Shown: piece after piece, positions 9,612-18,500 of the stretch | Layout of the letters: every line of letters starts with the position of its first letter | How positions within the stretch are numbered: the stretch's first letter is position 1 | From: Candidatus Bathyarchaeota archaeon | Lineage (GTDB): Archaea; Thermoproteota; Bathyarchaeia; Bathyarchaeales; Bathycorpusculaceae | Length of the DNA stretch: 64,000 bases | Assembly: GCA_963832745.1 (NCBI GenBank) | Contig: CAWHVC010000001.1 | Location: forward strand, 224,001-288,000 | Direction of reading: 5' to 3' | Notes under the pieces: model-generated | The model's database searches: none | The model's input: only the letters and a program-made list of their open reading frames with translations | What the model was told of the DNA's origin: nothing | Translations under genes and position numbers: made by a program

Positions 9612-10613
9612 ATGATTAACATTCAATCAACAGAAAAAAACGCAGTATCACTACATCGAGAAATCAAGAACGAGTTTTGGAGTTACGGCGATTATGTATT
9701 AGTGGGGCATGGAAAGCAAACAAACTCCGATTGTGGAAAATTCGATAAATTCATGGGGTGCCTAAATTATAAGGCACATAATCAAACACGTTTCTTCAAT
9801 GAAACCCTAGACAAAGACTCCGTTTTTGTTAAGCCAATTTATCATTCCTGCGACAAACCAACGTGTCCTGTGTGTTTTAAGTATGGATGGGCTGTAAGAG
9901 AAGCTTACCGAATGGAAGAACGTCTAAAAATAGCGTCTAACCGTTTTGGACTTCCAGTTGAGCACATTGTAGCAAGCATTAGAAGCGAAGATTATGGACT
10001 AAGCCTTGACGCATTACGGAAAAAAGCCATAAAACTAATGTCAAATCGCGGAATTATTGGCGGTTCTATAATTTTTCACGGTTTCCGATATGCCAACCGA
10101 AAAGAAGCAAGGATAAAAAGTGTTCCTTTTGGGTGGCGATGGAGTCCACATTTTCACGTTCTTGGCTTTGTTGGTGGGGAAGGTTATGGTAAATGCCGAA
10201 AATGTAAAGGCGGTGACTGTTATGCTTGCAAAGGCTTTGAAGGCGCAACAAGGCGCGAAAACAAAAAAGACGGCTGGCTCGTCAAAGTCCTAGACAAACG
10301 CAAAACTGTAGGCGGAACATGCTGGTATCAGCTAAATCATTGCTCGATTCAAAGAGGCTCAAAAAAATCTCATGCAACAACATGGTTTGGCGCTTGCTCA
10401 TATCGCAAACTCGAAATAATCAACGGTGAAAAAGGCGTTGGAATACAGCATAAATGCCCCATCTGTGACTCAGAATTAGTCCATATACGCTATTTAGGAC
10501 AAGAAAAGTTCTTGCTTACTCGGCGTGGCGAAATCCGATGTATGTTTGCTGAGGATGGAACACCTCTCTGGGAAATAGCGCATGAAGGTGAATGTCATGG
10601 AGGCTGTGGATAA
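9612..10613 (+). CDS. HUH-superfamily rolling-circle replication initiator (Rep)
   Basis: Motif 1-like EHIVAS, HUH motif SPHFHVLG, catalytic-Tyr motif YQLNH, N-terminal SCDKPTCPVC Zn site. Confidence 0.85.
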   Translation: MINIQSTEKNAVSLHREIKNEFWSYGDYVLVGHGKQTNSDCGKFDKFMGCLNYKAHNQTRFFNETLDKDSVFVKPIYHSCDKPTCPVCFKYGWAVREAYRMEERLKIASNRFGLPVEHIVASIRSEDYGLSLDALRKKAIKLMSNRGIIGGSIIFHGFRYANRKEARIKSVPFGWRWSPHFHVLGFVGGEGYGKCRKCKGGDCYACKGFEGATRRENKKDGWLVKVLDKRKTVGGTCWYQLNHCSIQRGSKKSHATTWFGACSYRKLEIINGEKGVGIQHKCPICDSELVHIRYLGQEKFLLTRRGEIRCMFAEDGTPLWEIAHEGECHGGCG

Positions 10614-10924
10614 TGATTCGCCAGCAAAGAAGACGTTTAGAGCGCCAATGGAGCAAGATAAAGGTGGGCGAAATATGTACAGACTTCATTGAAAAAAACA
10701 ACCTTTTCACACCTCCTCACATTCTTTCCTTCCAAGCGGTGAAATTATCTGAGTATTTAGTTGGCGTGTATAATGTTGGGCTCTTTAATTTCAAGAAAGA
10801 CAAAGGGCATGGAGAATTCTTCACGACCTGCATGTTTGTTGAAGGTTGCTTAAGAAATCTGCACTCTGAACGGTTGGGTTTCATTCAAGAGTTTGATTTG
10901 TGGGAGGTGGACGAAATCGATTGA
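10592..10924 (+). CDS. Hypothetical protein overlapping the rep 3' end
   Basis: Coupled to the rep stop (TAATG at 10611-10615 suggests a start at 10613). Confidence 0.55.
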   Translation: MSWRLWIMIRQQRRRLERQWSKIKVGEICTDFIEKNNLFTPPHILSFQAVKLSEYLVGVYNVGLFNFKKDKGHGEFFTTCMFVEGCLRNLHSERLGFIQEFDLWEVDEID

Positions 10925-10945
10925 TGCTTTGGCGCATCGTTTGGC

Positions 10946-11006
10946 TACTTGCGGAAAGTTCGGCAAGCGATAAGCGGAGCGCACCGCGCAAGCGGGCGCG
11001 AACTTT
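10946..11006. other. GC-rich nested hairpins, candidate replication origin (sso/dso)
   Basis: AAAGTTCG(10955)/CGAACTTT(10999) enclosing GCGC-A-CCGC-GCAA-GCGG-GCGC; GC island in AT-rich surroundings after the rep operon. Confidence 0.45.
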
Positions 11007-12328
11007 AGTAAAAAAATTGGTTATCTCTTAATCAATTGATTTAGTCAACTTCTTCTTTTCCATCTTTTTTGTGATATAATCAGTTATACCTTCAACTAAA
11101 TCATTAACAAATATTCTTTCATCATCTGAAACACTTGTTCCAAAATGCTCACCGAAGTTAGGATAGTATGTTATATGTTATTTTAAGAAGGTCAACTATA
11201 CTGATTAATTATCAGTTCTCATCAGTGCTATCATCAATGAGAAATTTGAATGTGTTTTTTCAACATCTATTGCTTTACTTTTAGTGGACCCAAGAAATTT
11301 CTATCTATGTTGTAGCCCTTTTTCTGAACTAAGCTTAATTGCAGAATTATTGTTAATGATTTTTGCGCTTAACCGTCAGTAATCAAACATAGATTTCATA
11401 AATGTCAGAGTCAATCCAGCAATCAATTCATTGCAGCAACTTAAACTTTGAAGACCATATCAGAAAGAATGCTTTAAATTATATTGCTCCACTTGCCTAA
11501 GGCAATTATTACTCACGCAAATTTTTTTTCGATTATTTCTTATCAATCTTGTTTCATATGGAAATGGCGATTTTTGGCCCAGTTTGTGTTAATTCCAAAT
11601 ATCCAAGTGAATTCCCATGCAATTCTATAAAATATTACCGTCAGTAATGACATGTAGGGTAAAATCAAGGTTGTACATTCAAAAAATAGCCTTTTCCATT
11701 ATAATTATTTGAAACGTGATCCAAGGTGCGAATGATGCCTCCAATTCAAAAAATTATTCACGGTTCATTTGCGACTTCAAGTTATCCTTCCCAATTAAAA
11801 GAGACTTGAAAGATAGACGAGTAATTTAGTAGCCAGGCGTAATCATGAGTAGGCGATATTTTTTTGCTATTTGGTCAAGTTTCGACAACAAGAACTTTTA
11901 AATTTAATCGTTAAAATAATAAATTTAAGCTAGGAGATCTGAACTTACCCGTAGGTTCTATTTCTTTAAGAGGGATAGGTTTGAATTGGTTGAAAAGCTA
12001 TCGGCATTACCTTTAGTCAATTAACGTTGATTCTATCAAATTTTTAATATATCTGTGGTATCAGAGAATATGACGGACATAGAGGCAGTGAAGACAGCTA
12101 AAGTGTAGTAGTGACTGAGGGTGAGAGACTGAGTGACTGACAGACAGAGGGTGACATGACATTATTAACGGGGATTTTGCGCATATATTACGTCATGGTT
12201 AGTAGAGAAAATCAAGAATTTGCGGGCTTTTTTAAAATACCATAACAGTAAAATTGATTTTGTTGATTGCTTCTTGAATTCGCCATCTAAAGCAGGATAT
12301 AGCATCACCAACGGGTATGGCATCTTGC

Positions 12329-13213
12329 TTAATTGCTTGTTGTACTTGTTTCGTCTGTTGTGCATTTTAGTGGTATCCACTGGATTTCTTGGTCTTCAGT
12401 AATGTATTTTTCAGTGCTTCTTGCGTCTTTGTGTCCAAGTATTTTTTTAACTTGCAAAAAGTTGTGTCCTGATAGTTTGTATTCTCTTGTGCCTTTTCGT
12501 CTGCGGAAATCATAGAGTTGCACTTGTTTTAGTTCGGGCATGTTGTATTTTTCTGCAAGGTTGTTTCTTGCATGTCTGTAACATGTGCTTAAGGTGTCTG
12601 AGGATGTTGGAAAAATTATGCTTTGAGCGTTTAGGTTTTCACGTTTGATATACCTTTTTAGCAGTTCTAAGGTGTCCTGCTTTAGTTTTCCTTCTCTTCC
12701 GATTGTATGTTTTGCGCCTGTAAGGTCAGTTCTTCCTGTTACTAAATCAATGTCTTGAACCTTTAGCCATGTTAATTCGATAGGGCGTTCCCCTAAATCT
12801 CGAGACATCTTTAATTTAAGGTTCAAAGGAAATTTAACGTGATTTATAATAAATTGCACTAATTCCTCTTTTGGTGCCCTACGCTTCTTATCTTGGCGCT
12901 GATAAAAGGGCTTATTCCATGATAACCCTAAAGATTGAATCGCTATATTATAGGATTCTATCAGGTTTTCCTTTCTGGCGTTAGATACATTCTTGTTTGC
13001 TATGTATAGTTTGACTTCTTGAGGGTTGCTTGTGTTGCAGTTTTTCTGTAAATGTTTAAGTTCCTTTACTACTCTTTTGATGGTTGTTGGTTCATAGGCT
13101 TCTTTTTTCATCCAAATAATAACGTTAGCTAAGTTAAGGTTTCCAATATCTTTAGGGTCTTGGGTTTCCTGTTGAAGTTGTTTTAAGAGCTCTTTTACGA
13201 GTTTAGGGTTCAT
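12329..13213 (-). CDS. Tyrosine recombinase / integrase
   Basis: GERPIEL (Arg I), K in GAKH, YDFRR (HxxR variant), LGHK and TEKY catalytic Tyr; C-terminal tail appears frameshifted. Confidence 0.92.
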   Translation of the reverse strand: MNPKLVKELLKQLQQETQDPKDIGNLNLANVIIWMKKEAYEPTTIKRVVKELKHLQKNCNTSNPQEVKLYIANKNVSNARKENLIESYNIAIQSLGLSWNKPFYQRQDKKRRAPKEELVQFIINHVKFPLNLKLKMSRDLGERPIELTWLKVQDIDLVTGRTDLTGAKHTIGREGKLKQDTLELLKRYIKRENLNAQSIIFPTSSDTLSTCYRHARNNLAEKYNMPELKQVQLYDFRRRKGTREYKLSGHNFLQVKKILGHKDARSTEKYITEDQEIQWIPLKCTTDETSTTSN

Positions 13214-13269
13214 TCATTTTCATCTTTCCTTTACCAAAACCCTAAGATACTGGGACGATGTTTCAATCG

Positions 13270-13337
13270 TTGGGGGATGATGTCGCCGTCCCAGTCGGAT
13301 TGCGAAAGATGACGAGCTTATGACGGACAGACCCCAA
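13270..13337 (+). ncRNA. Box C/D guide sRNA (overlaps attR)
   Basis: Terminal stem TTGGGG/CCCCAA; C ATGATGT 13277-83; 12-nt guide; D' CGGA 13296-99; TT-GCGA-AA loop; C' ATGACGA 13309-15; 12-nt guide; D CAGA 13328-31; box deviations are mutually compensatory. Confidence 0.85.
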
Positions 13338-13616
13338 GCGTCAACATCAAAATTTTTAAAATTTTAAAATAGTGTTCCTGCACCGAAAATGTAAGAAATC
13401 ACAATGGTTACGCAGAGGGAAATGCAGAGGAAAGGGCAGGCTTTTCTGGAAAAAAACGCTGTGTAATAAACCTCAAACTCACGTTTTAAATGGCGTAGGC
13501 ATATGTGGGCGAGCCTATATTCCATTAAAGCCTCCTCCTTCTCCTCAAGAAAAGTTGGGCTTTTAGAGTTTATAAAGGGTATTTCAAACGTGGAATACCC
13601 TAATGGAGAGAAGAGG

Positions 13617-14036
13617 TTAGCGTGACATGCAGTCAAGCATTAAGGTGCATGTGAAGCATTCTTCAGGAACAGGCGTGTCTTTTGGACGTTTTTTAAGGTA
13701 ACCAGCGTAATGAGCGCACACTGACGGAGCAACTGGAACCTTGCTGACCGATTCGGTTTTAAGCTCGGGCTGGGACTGAATTTCAGGTTCAAGTTTTGCC
13801 TCGATTGGCGCTGCTTCCTGATGAGGTTGAACGGTTTTTTCTTCTTTTTTAAGTTCAACTTTTGATAGGCATGCGGGGCATGCGTAGTATGCTTCGGCGA
13901 CGCCGGGGGAGTTGTTTACGGCGAATATGGGTTTGGTGAAGCGTTTGCCGCAGCGGATGCACATGTAGTTGACACTGGTTTGTTGAGTTTCTGTTGTGGT
14001 TGTTTCGAGTGTTAGTATGCTGCGGCTGTGTTCCAT
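13617..14036 (-). CDS. Double Zn-finger protein (paralog of 36939..37316)
   Basis: CxxC..YYACPxC and CxHxxGxL...PxECxxCxxxLDCM. Confidence 0.8.
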   Translation of the reverse strand: MEHSRSILTLETTTTETQQTSVNYMCIRCGKRFTKPIFAVNNSPGVAEAYYACPACLSKVELKKEEKTVQPHQEAAPIEAKLEPEIQSQPELKTESVSKVPVAPSVCAHYAGYLKKRPKDTPVPEECFTCTLMLDCMSR

Positions 14037-14201
14037 TGTTTTCCCTCTGTTAACGATTCCGCTTAAGTATTAATATTTAATAAACCTTGTTGCTTTTGTG
14101 TTCAACATTGAGACAGTTTTGTGTTGCTCTTTTTTGTGTTTGGAGGCTTTTTTGAGGTTTTTTGTTGTTTGGTGTTTTACAGTTTGAACCAACAAGTTTA
14201 A

Positions 14202-14233
14202 ATGAAATATTATTCATATGAATTATTATTCAT
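14202..14233 (+). promoter_or_regulatory. Probable ArsR/SmtB operator
   Basis: Tandem imperfect palindromes ATGAAATATTATTCAT-ATGAATTATTATTCAT between a TTTAAA box and the ArsR start. Confidence 0.7.
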
Positions 14234-14242
14234 CAATAAAGG

Positions 14243-14581
14243 ATGGCGACAAAAACGAAAAAAACCCTAACAGAAATCTGCCACCGCTTCTTCACAAACC
14301 TAGCAAACCCCACACGCCTCGCCGCCCTCGAACAACTCATGGAAAAACCCCAAACCGTAACCGAACTCGCACAAACCCTAGGACAAGAACAAAGCATGAT
14401 ATCCCACAACCTAAAACCCTTACTCCAATGCAACATCATCACCATTCAAAAACAAGGAAAAAAACACATCTACACAGCCAACAAAGAAACCCTAACACCC
14501 ATCTTTGAAGCCATCCAAAACCACGCCCAAAAATTCTGTCCAACCGGCGGAAACTGCCTAAAAGGAGACAAACAAAATTGA
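14243..14581 (+). CDS. ArsR/SmtB family metalloregulator
   Basis: LANPTRL...TVTELA...QSMISHNL HTH; C-terminal His/Cys (HAQKFCPTGGNC). Confidence 0.92.
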   Translation: MATKTKKTLTEICHRFFTNLANPTRLAALEQLMEKPQTVTELAQTLGQEQSMISHNLKPLLQCNIITIQKQGKKHIYTANKETLTPIFEAIQNHAQKFCPTGGNCLKGDKQN

Positions 14582-15240
14582 AAAGAAAAATTGTAAACAT
14601 AAACGAAAACCTCTGCAACGGATGCGGACAATGCATACCCAACTGCGTAGAGGGCGCACTCCAAATAGTGAATGGCAAGGCAAAAATCCTTAAAGAAACG
14701 TACTGCGATGGTCTTGGCGCATGCTTAGGTCATTGCCCACAAGGAGCAATCACAATAACAGAACGGGAAGCAGAAGAATTTAGTCAAGAAGAAGTGCATG
14801 AATACCAAAAAAGCAAACAAGCCGCCTTAACCTCACCTGCAAGCAATCCTGCCATTACAAACGCGACGCCAAAGAAGCCTCAGTGGCCAGTAAAAATCGA
14901 CCTTGTACCACCCAAAGCACCATTCTTCGAAAACGCTGACATCTTACTCGCCGCCGATTGCGCACCAGTAGCCCTTAAAAACTTCCATGAACTCACTGAG
15001 GGAAAACGGGTTATTATCGGGTGCCCAAAATTTAATGACGCCAAAGCCTACGCAGCTAAACTGACAGAAATCCTAAAACAAAATAACGTTGCCAGCGTCA
15101 CCGTGGTTCACATGGAAGTACCATGCTGCACTGGACTTAAATGGGCAGTAAACAAAGCCTTAGAAGGTTCAGGCAAAAAAGTGCTTACACACGAAGTTGA
15201 GGTTAAAGTTGGAGGTGAAACTGTTGAGCTCAAATGGTAA
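14578..15240 (+). CDS. 4Fe-4S dicluster ferredoxin-domain protein
   Basis: CNGCGQCIPNC, CDGLGACLGHCP, QWPV, AADC, GCPK and MEVPCC motifs. Confidence 0.92.
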   Translation: MKRKIVNINENLCNGCGQCIPNCVEGALQIVNGKAKILKETYCDGLGACLGHCPQGAITITEREAEEFSQEEVHEYQKSKQAALTSPASNPAITNATPKKPQWPVKIDLVPPKAPFFENADILLAADCAPVALKNFHELTEGKRVIIGCPKFNDAKAYAAKLTEILKQNNVASVTVVHMEVPCCTGLKWAVNKALEGSGKKVLTHEVEVKVGGETVELKW

Positions 15241-15475
15241 AATAGAAAAAAATCCAGAAACATGCCCTGGACTGCGCGATTTTCTGCAGCCAAAACCATC
15301 ATACACTAACTGTCACGTTTGCGGCGCAGAACTTGAAGTATGGAGTGATGAAGATAAAACAACTTGCCCATCATGCGGAGCTGAATGGAAACGCCCAGAC
15401 GCTAATGCTGCTTGCCTTTCATATTGCCAGTATGCTGACAAGTGCAGGGCAATCATAGCGGAAAGAAAAAAGTAA
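15224..15475 (+). CDS. Small Cys-rich Zn/Fe-binding protein
   Basis: CPG, CHVCG..E.WSDE...CPSCG, CxxxCxxxxxC; TTG start after GGAGGTGA. Confidence 0.8.
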   Translation: MSSNGKIEKNPETCPGLRDFLQPKPSYTNCHVCGAELEVWSDEDKTTCPSCGAEWKRPDANAACLSYCQYADKCRAIIAERKK

Positions 15476-15577
15476 ACTTTCCTCTCTGCTTTTTTGTTTG
15501 TTGCATTTTTTATGTACACATTTATTTGTTACACTTTTTGCATAATTTACTTTCAGAAAATATAAAATGGTGCCGAT

Positions 15578-18500
15578 TTGTTGAGTTCTTCTAGGGAAAT
15601 CCGAGTATTACATGTGGACGACGAGAAAGCATTCTTAGACCTTGCAAAAACCATCCTCTCCGACGAAGGCCCATTCAATATTGAAACAGCAACCTCGGTA
15701 GACACAGCCTTCACCAAGCTCCAAAACAACAACTTTGACATCATCATCTCTGATTATGACATGCCCCAAAAAAACGGGTTAGACTTTTTAAAACTACTAC
15801 GAGAAAAAGGCTACGCAACACCGTTTATCCTGTTCACCGGCAAAGGTCGAGAGGAAATTGTTGTTCAAGCCCTAAACATGGGTGTTGACCGCTACATAAG
15901 CAAACATGGTGAACCCAAAACCGTCTATACCGAACTATCTGTTTGCATCCGCCAGTTGCACGAAAAAATTATGGCTCAAAAACTGCTTTGGGAAAGCGAA
16001 GAACGCTTCAAACAAATGGTAACAAACAGTAAAGACCTGATAATGCTCACAGGAGCAAACGGCGTAATAATTTATTTGAGCCCTTCATGCAAGGACATTT
16101 TAGGTTACGAACCTATCGAATTAATCGGGAAAATCCCATGGATCACCCACCCTGACGATTTAGAGCGGGTTCAAAAGATATTCCAGTTAGCATTAACAAC
16201 CCAATTAAACGATTCAGCTGAATACCGCATAGTAACCAAACGTGGAGAAACCAAATGGGTCAACCATTCCTTCTCACAAATCATAGAAAATGGCAAGATA
16301 AAACAGATAGTCAGCACAGTAAAAGACATCACAGAAGCCAAAATTGCCCAAGCTAAGCTTATAGAAAGCGAGGAACGTTTCCGTTTAGTTGTTGAAAACT
16401 CACCGATTATGATGGCAAACCTAAACAGGAATTTGCAGTATACGTGGATTCATAACCCTTTGATAAACCCTTTATCTTCAGAGAATGTTTTGGGCAAGCA
16501 CTTCGGCGAAGCAGTAGATATGGATGATTGCGAGGAAATCCGGGAAGCCCTGCATGAATTAATAGTTACGGGGGGTTCAATAAGACGAGAAGCCACAATT
16601 CACATTAACAAGGAAACCTGTTTTCTTGAATGCTACTTTGAAGCTGCCAAGAACCAAAAAGGCGAAGTCACAGGAATACGGTACACGGCATATGATGTAA
16701 CACAAAGGAGACAAATGGCTGCTCAACTGAAATCTTTGGAGGAACGCTGGAATTTCGCTTTAGAAGGCGCTGGTCAGGGAGTTTGGGACTTTAATGTTCA
16801 AACAAACAGTGTGTTCTTATCTCGAAAATGGAAAAAAATCCTTGACTATGAAGAACATGAATTCACGAATGATTTTAAAGAATGGCAAAATCGGTTACAT
16901 CCCGAGGATAAAGAAAGCGCAATTGAAGATATAATGAATTATTGCGCTGGAAAAACGTCTTCGTACGTTAAAGAGTACCGTTTACTCGCAAAAGATGGCA
17001 CTTATAAATGGATTTTTTCTCAAGGGAACATAATGGCCCGAACCACTAACGGCAAGCCTTCCCGTGTGATTGGAACCATAATGGATATAACCAAACATAA
17101 ACAATCAGAAAACGCTATAAAAGAATCTGAAGCAAAATTTTCTGCCGCTTTCAACTCAAGCGGTGCAGCAATGACTATAACACGACTTGAAGATGGACTA
17201 ATTTTGGAAGTGAATGATTGCTTCCTCGAGACTTTTGGCTACACACGTGAAGAAGTTATAGGAAAAACTGCACAGATGCTTCATTTATATGCTGACATGA
17301 ATGAACGCCAAAAAATAGTTGAACTAACCTTAAAGAGCAATTCAGTAGTTAACCGTGAAGTTAAAGGATTAAAGAAAGATAAAACCGAAGTTACCGCGCT
17401 TTTCTCAACAAAAATGGTTTACCTTAAAGGTCAAAAGAACCTCGTAACAACGCTAATTGATATTTCAAGCCTTAAAAAAATCGAAAACTCTCTTTACCTC
17501 AGACAGAAAGAATTAGAAAACTTAATTGCAATGGCACCAGACTCAGTAACCGTTATTGATTTAGAAGGAAAAATAATTGAATGCAATGAACTTTCTTGTA
17601 AAACCTTCGGTTACACACGAGAGGAGATGATTGGGTCGTATGGAGCCAATTTCGTCGTAGAAAGAGATCGTAATACATTGGAAAATGAGATGAGAAACGC
17701 GGTTTGTGACAAGCAGGTGCATACAAGCATTTTTACAGGCAAATGCAGGAACGGTAACGAAATCGCCGTGGAAGGCTCAGTTAAAGCAACTTTTGATAAT
17801 AATGGAAGCCCTACAGGTTTTATCGCAATAATCAGAGACATTACTGAACGAAATCTTGCAGAACGGAAATTGCAAGAGAGCGAAGAAAGATACCGGTTTA
17901 TGGCTGAACATGCTCAGGACATTATCACAGTTACAGATGTAAGAGGGAATTTTCTTTTTGTTTCGCCATCAATTAAGCGCTTGGCAGGTTTTACACCTGA
18001 TGAGCTTAAAGGCAAAAAAGGTATGCTAACATGCATTCACGTTGATGATTTGCCTCTTCTCACTTCAAAAATCCAGGAAGCCATGACAAATAATGTTGCA
18101 CAAGTTGAGGTTCGATTCTTAACTAAATGCGGTAGCTTCATTTGGCTTGAGACGAACATAAGTACAGTCAAGGATACGGCTGGTGAAACCAGATTTATCA
18201 GCATAAGCCGAGACATGACTCAACGTAGAATTGACCGTGAAGAAAGAGACCAAGCCCTTGCCAAAGCAGAGTTGCTCCTTGAAAAGTTAAGTGTTGTAGG
18301 CGGGTTTGTCAGGCATGATGTGAGAAACAAGCTTGCAGCAATCACAAGCACGTTATATTTAAGCAAAAAATACGCCAACGATAATCAAAACATGCTAAAA
18401 CAGGTAGAGCAAATTGGATATGCTGCGGACAACATTGAACATATTCTGGAGTTTGCTCAAACTTACGAGGCAGTGGGAAGCAGAGGGTTATCATGGTGTG

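Larger units (their letters stand above)
8373..13294. mobile_element. Integrated cryptic rolling-circle plasmid-like element (~4.9 kb)
   Basis: Bounded by the perfect 22-bp direct repeat GGGGATGATGTCGCCGTCCCAG (8373-8394, 13273-13294); contains a HUH Rep and a tyrosine integrase adjacent to the right repeat. Confidence 0.9.

Noticed and set aside
13316-13327. D guide targeting tRNA-Met C34 (complement contains UCAUAA)
   Set aside because: Pairing breaks at position 32 and the N+5 register falls one base off C34
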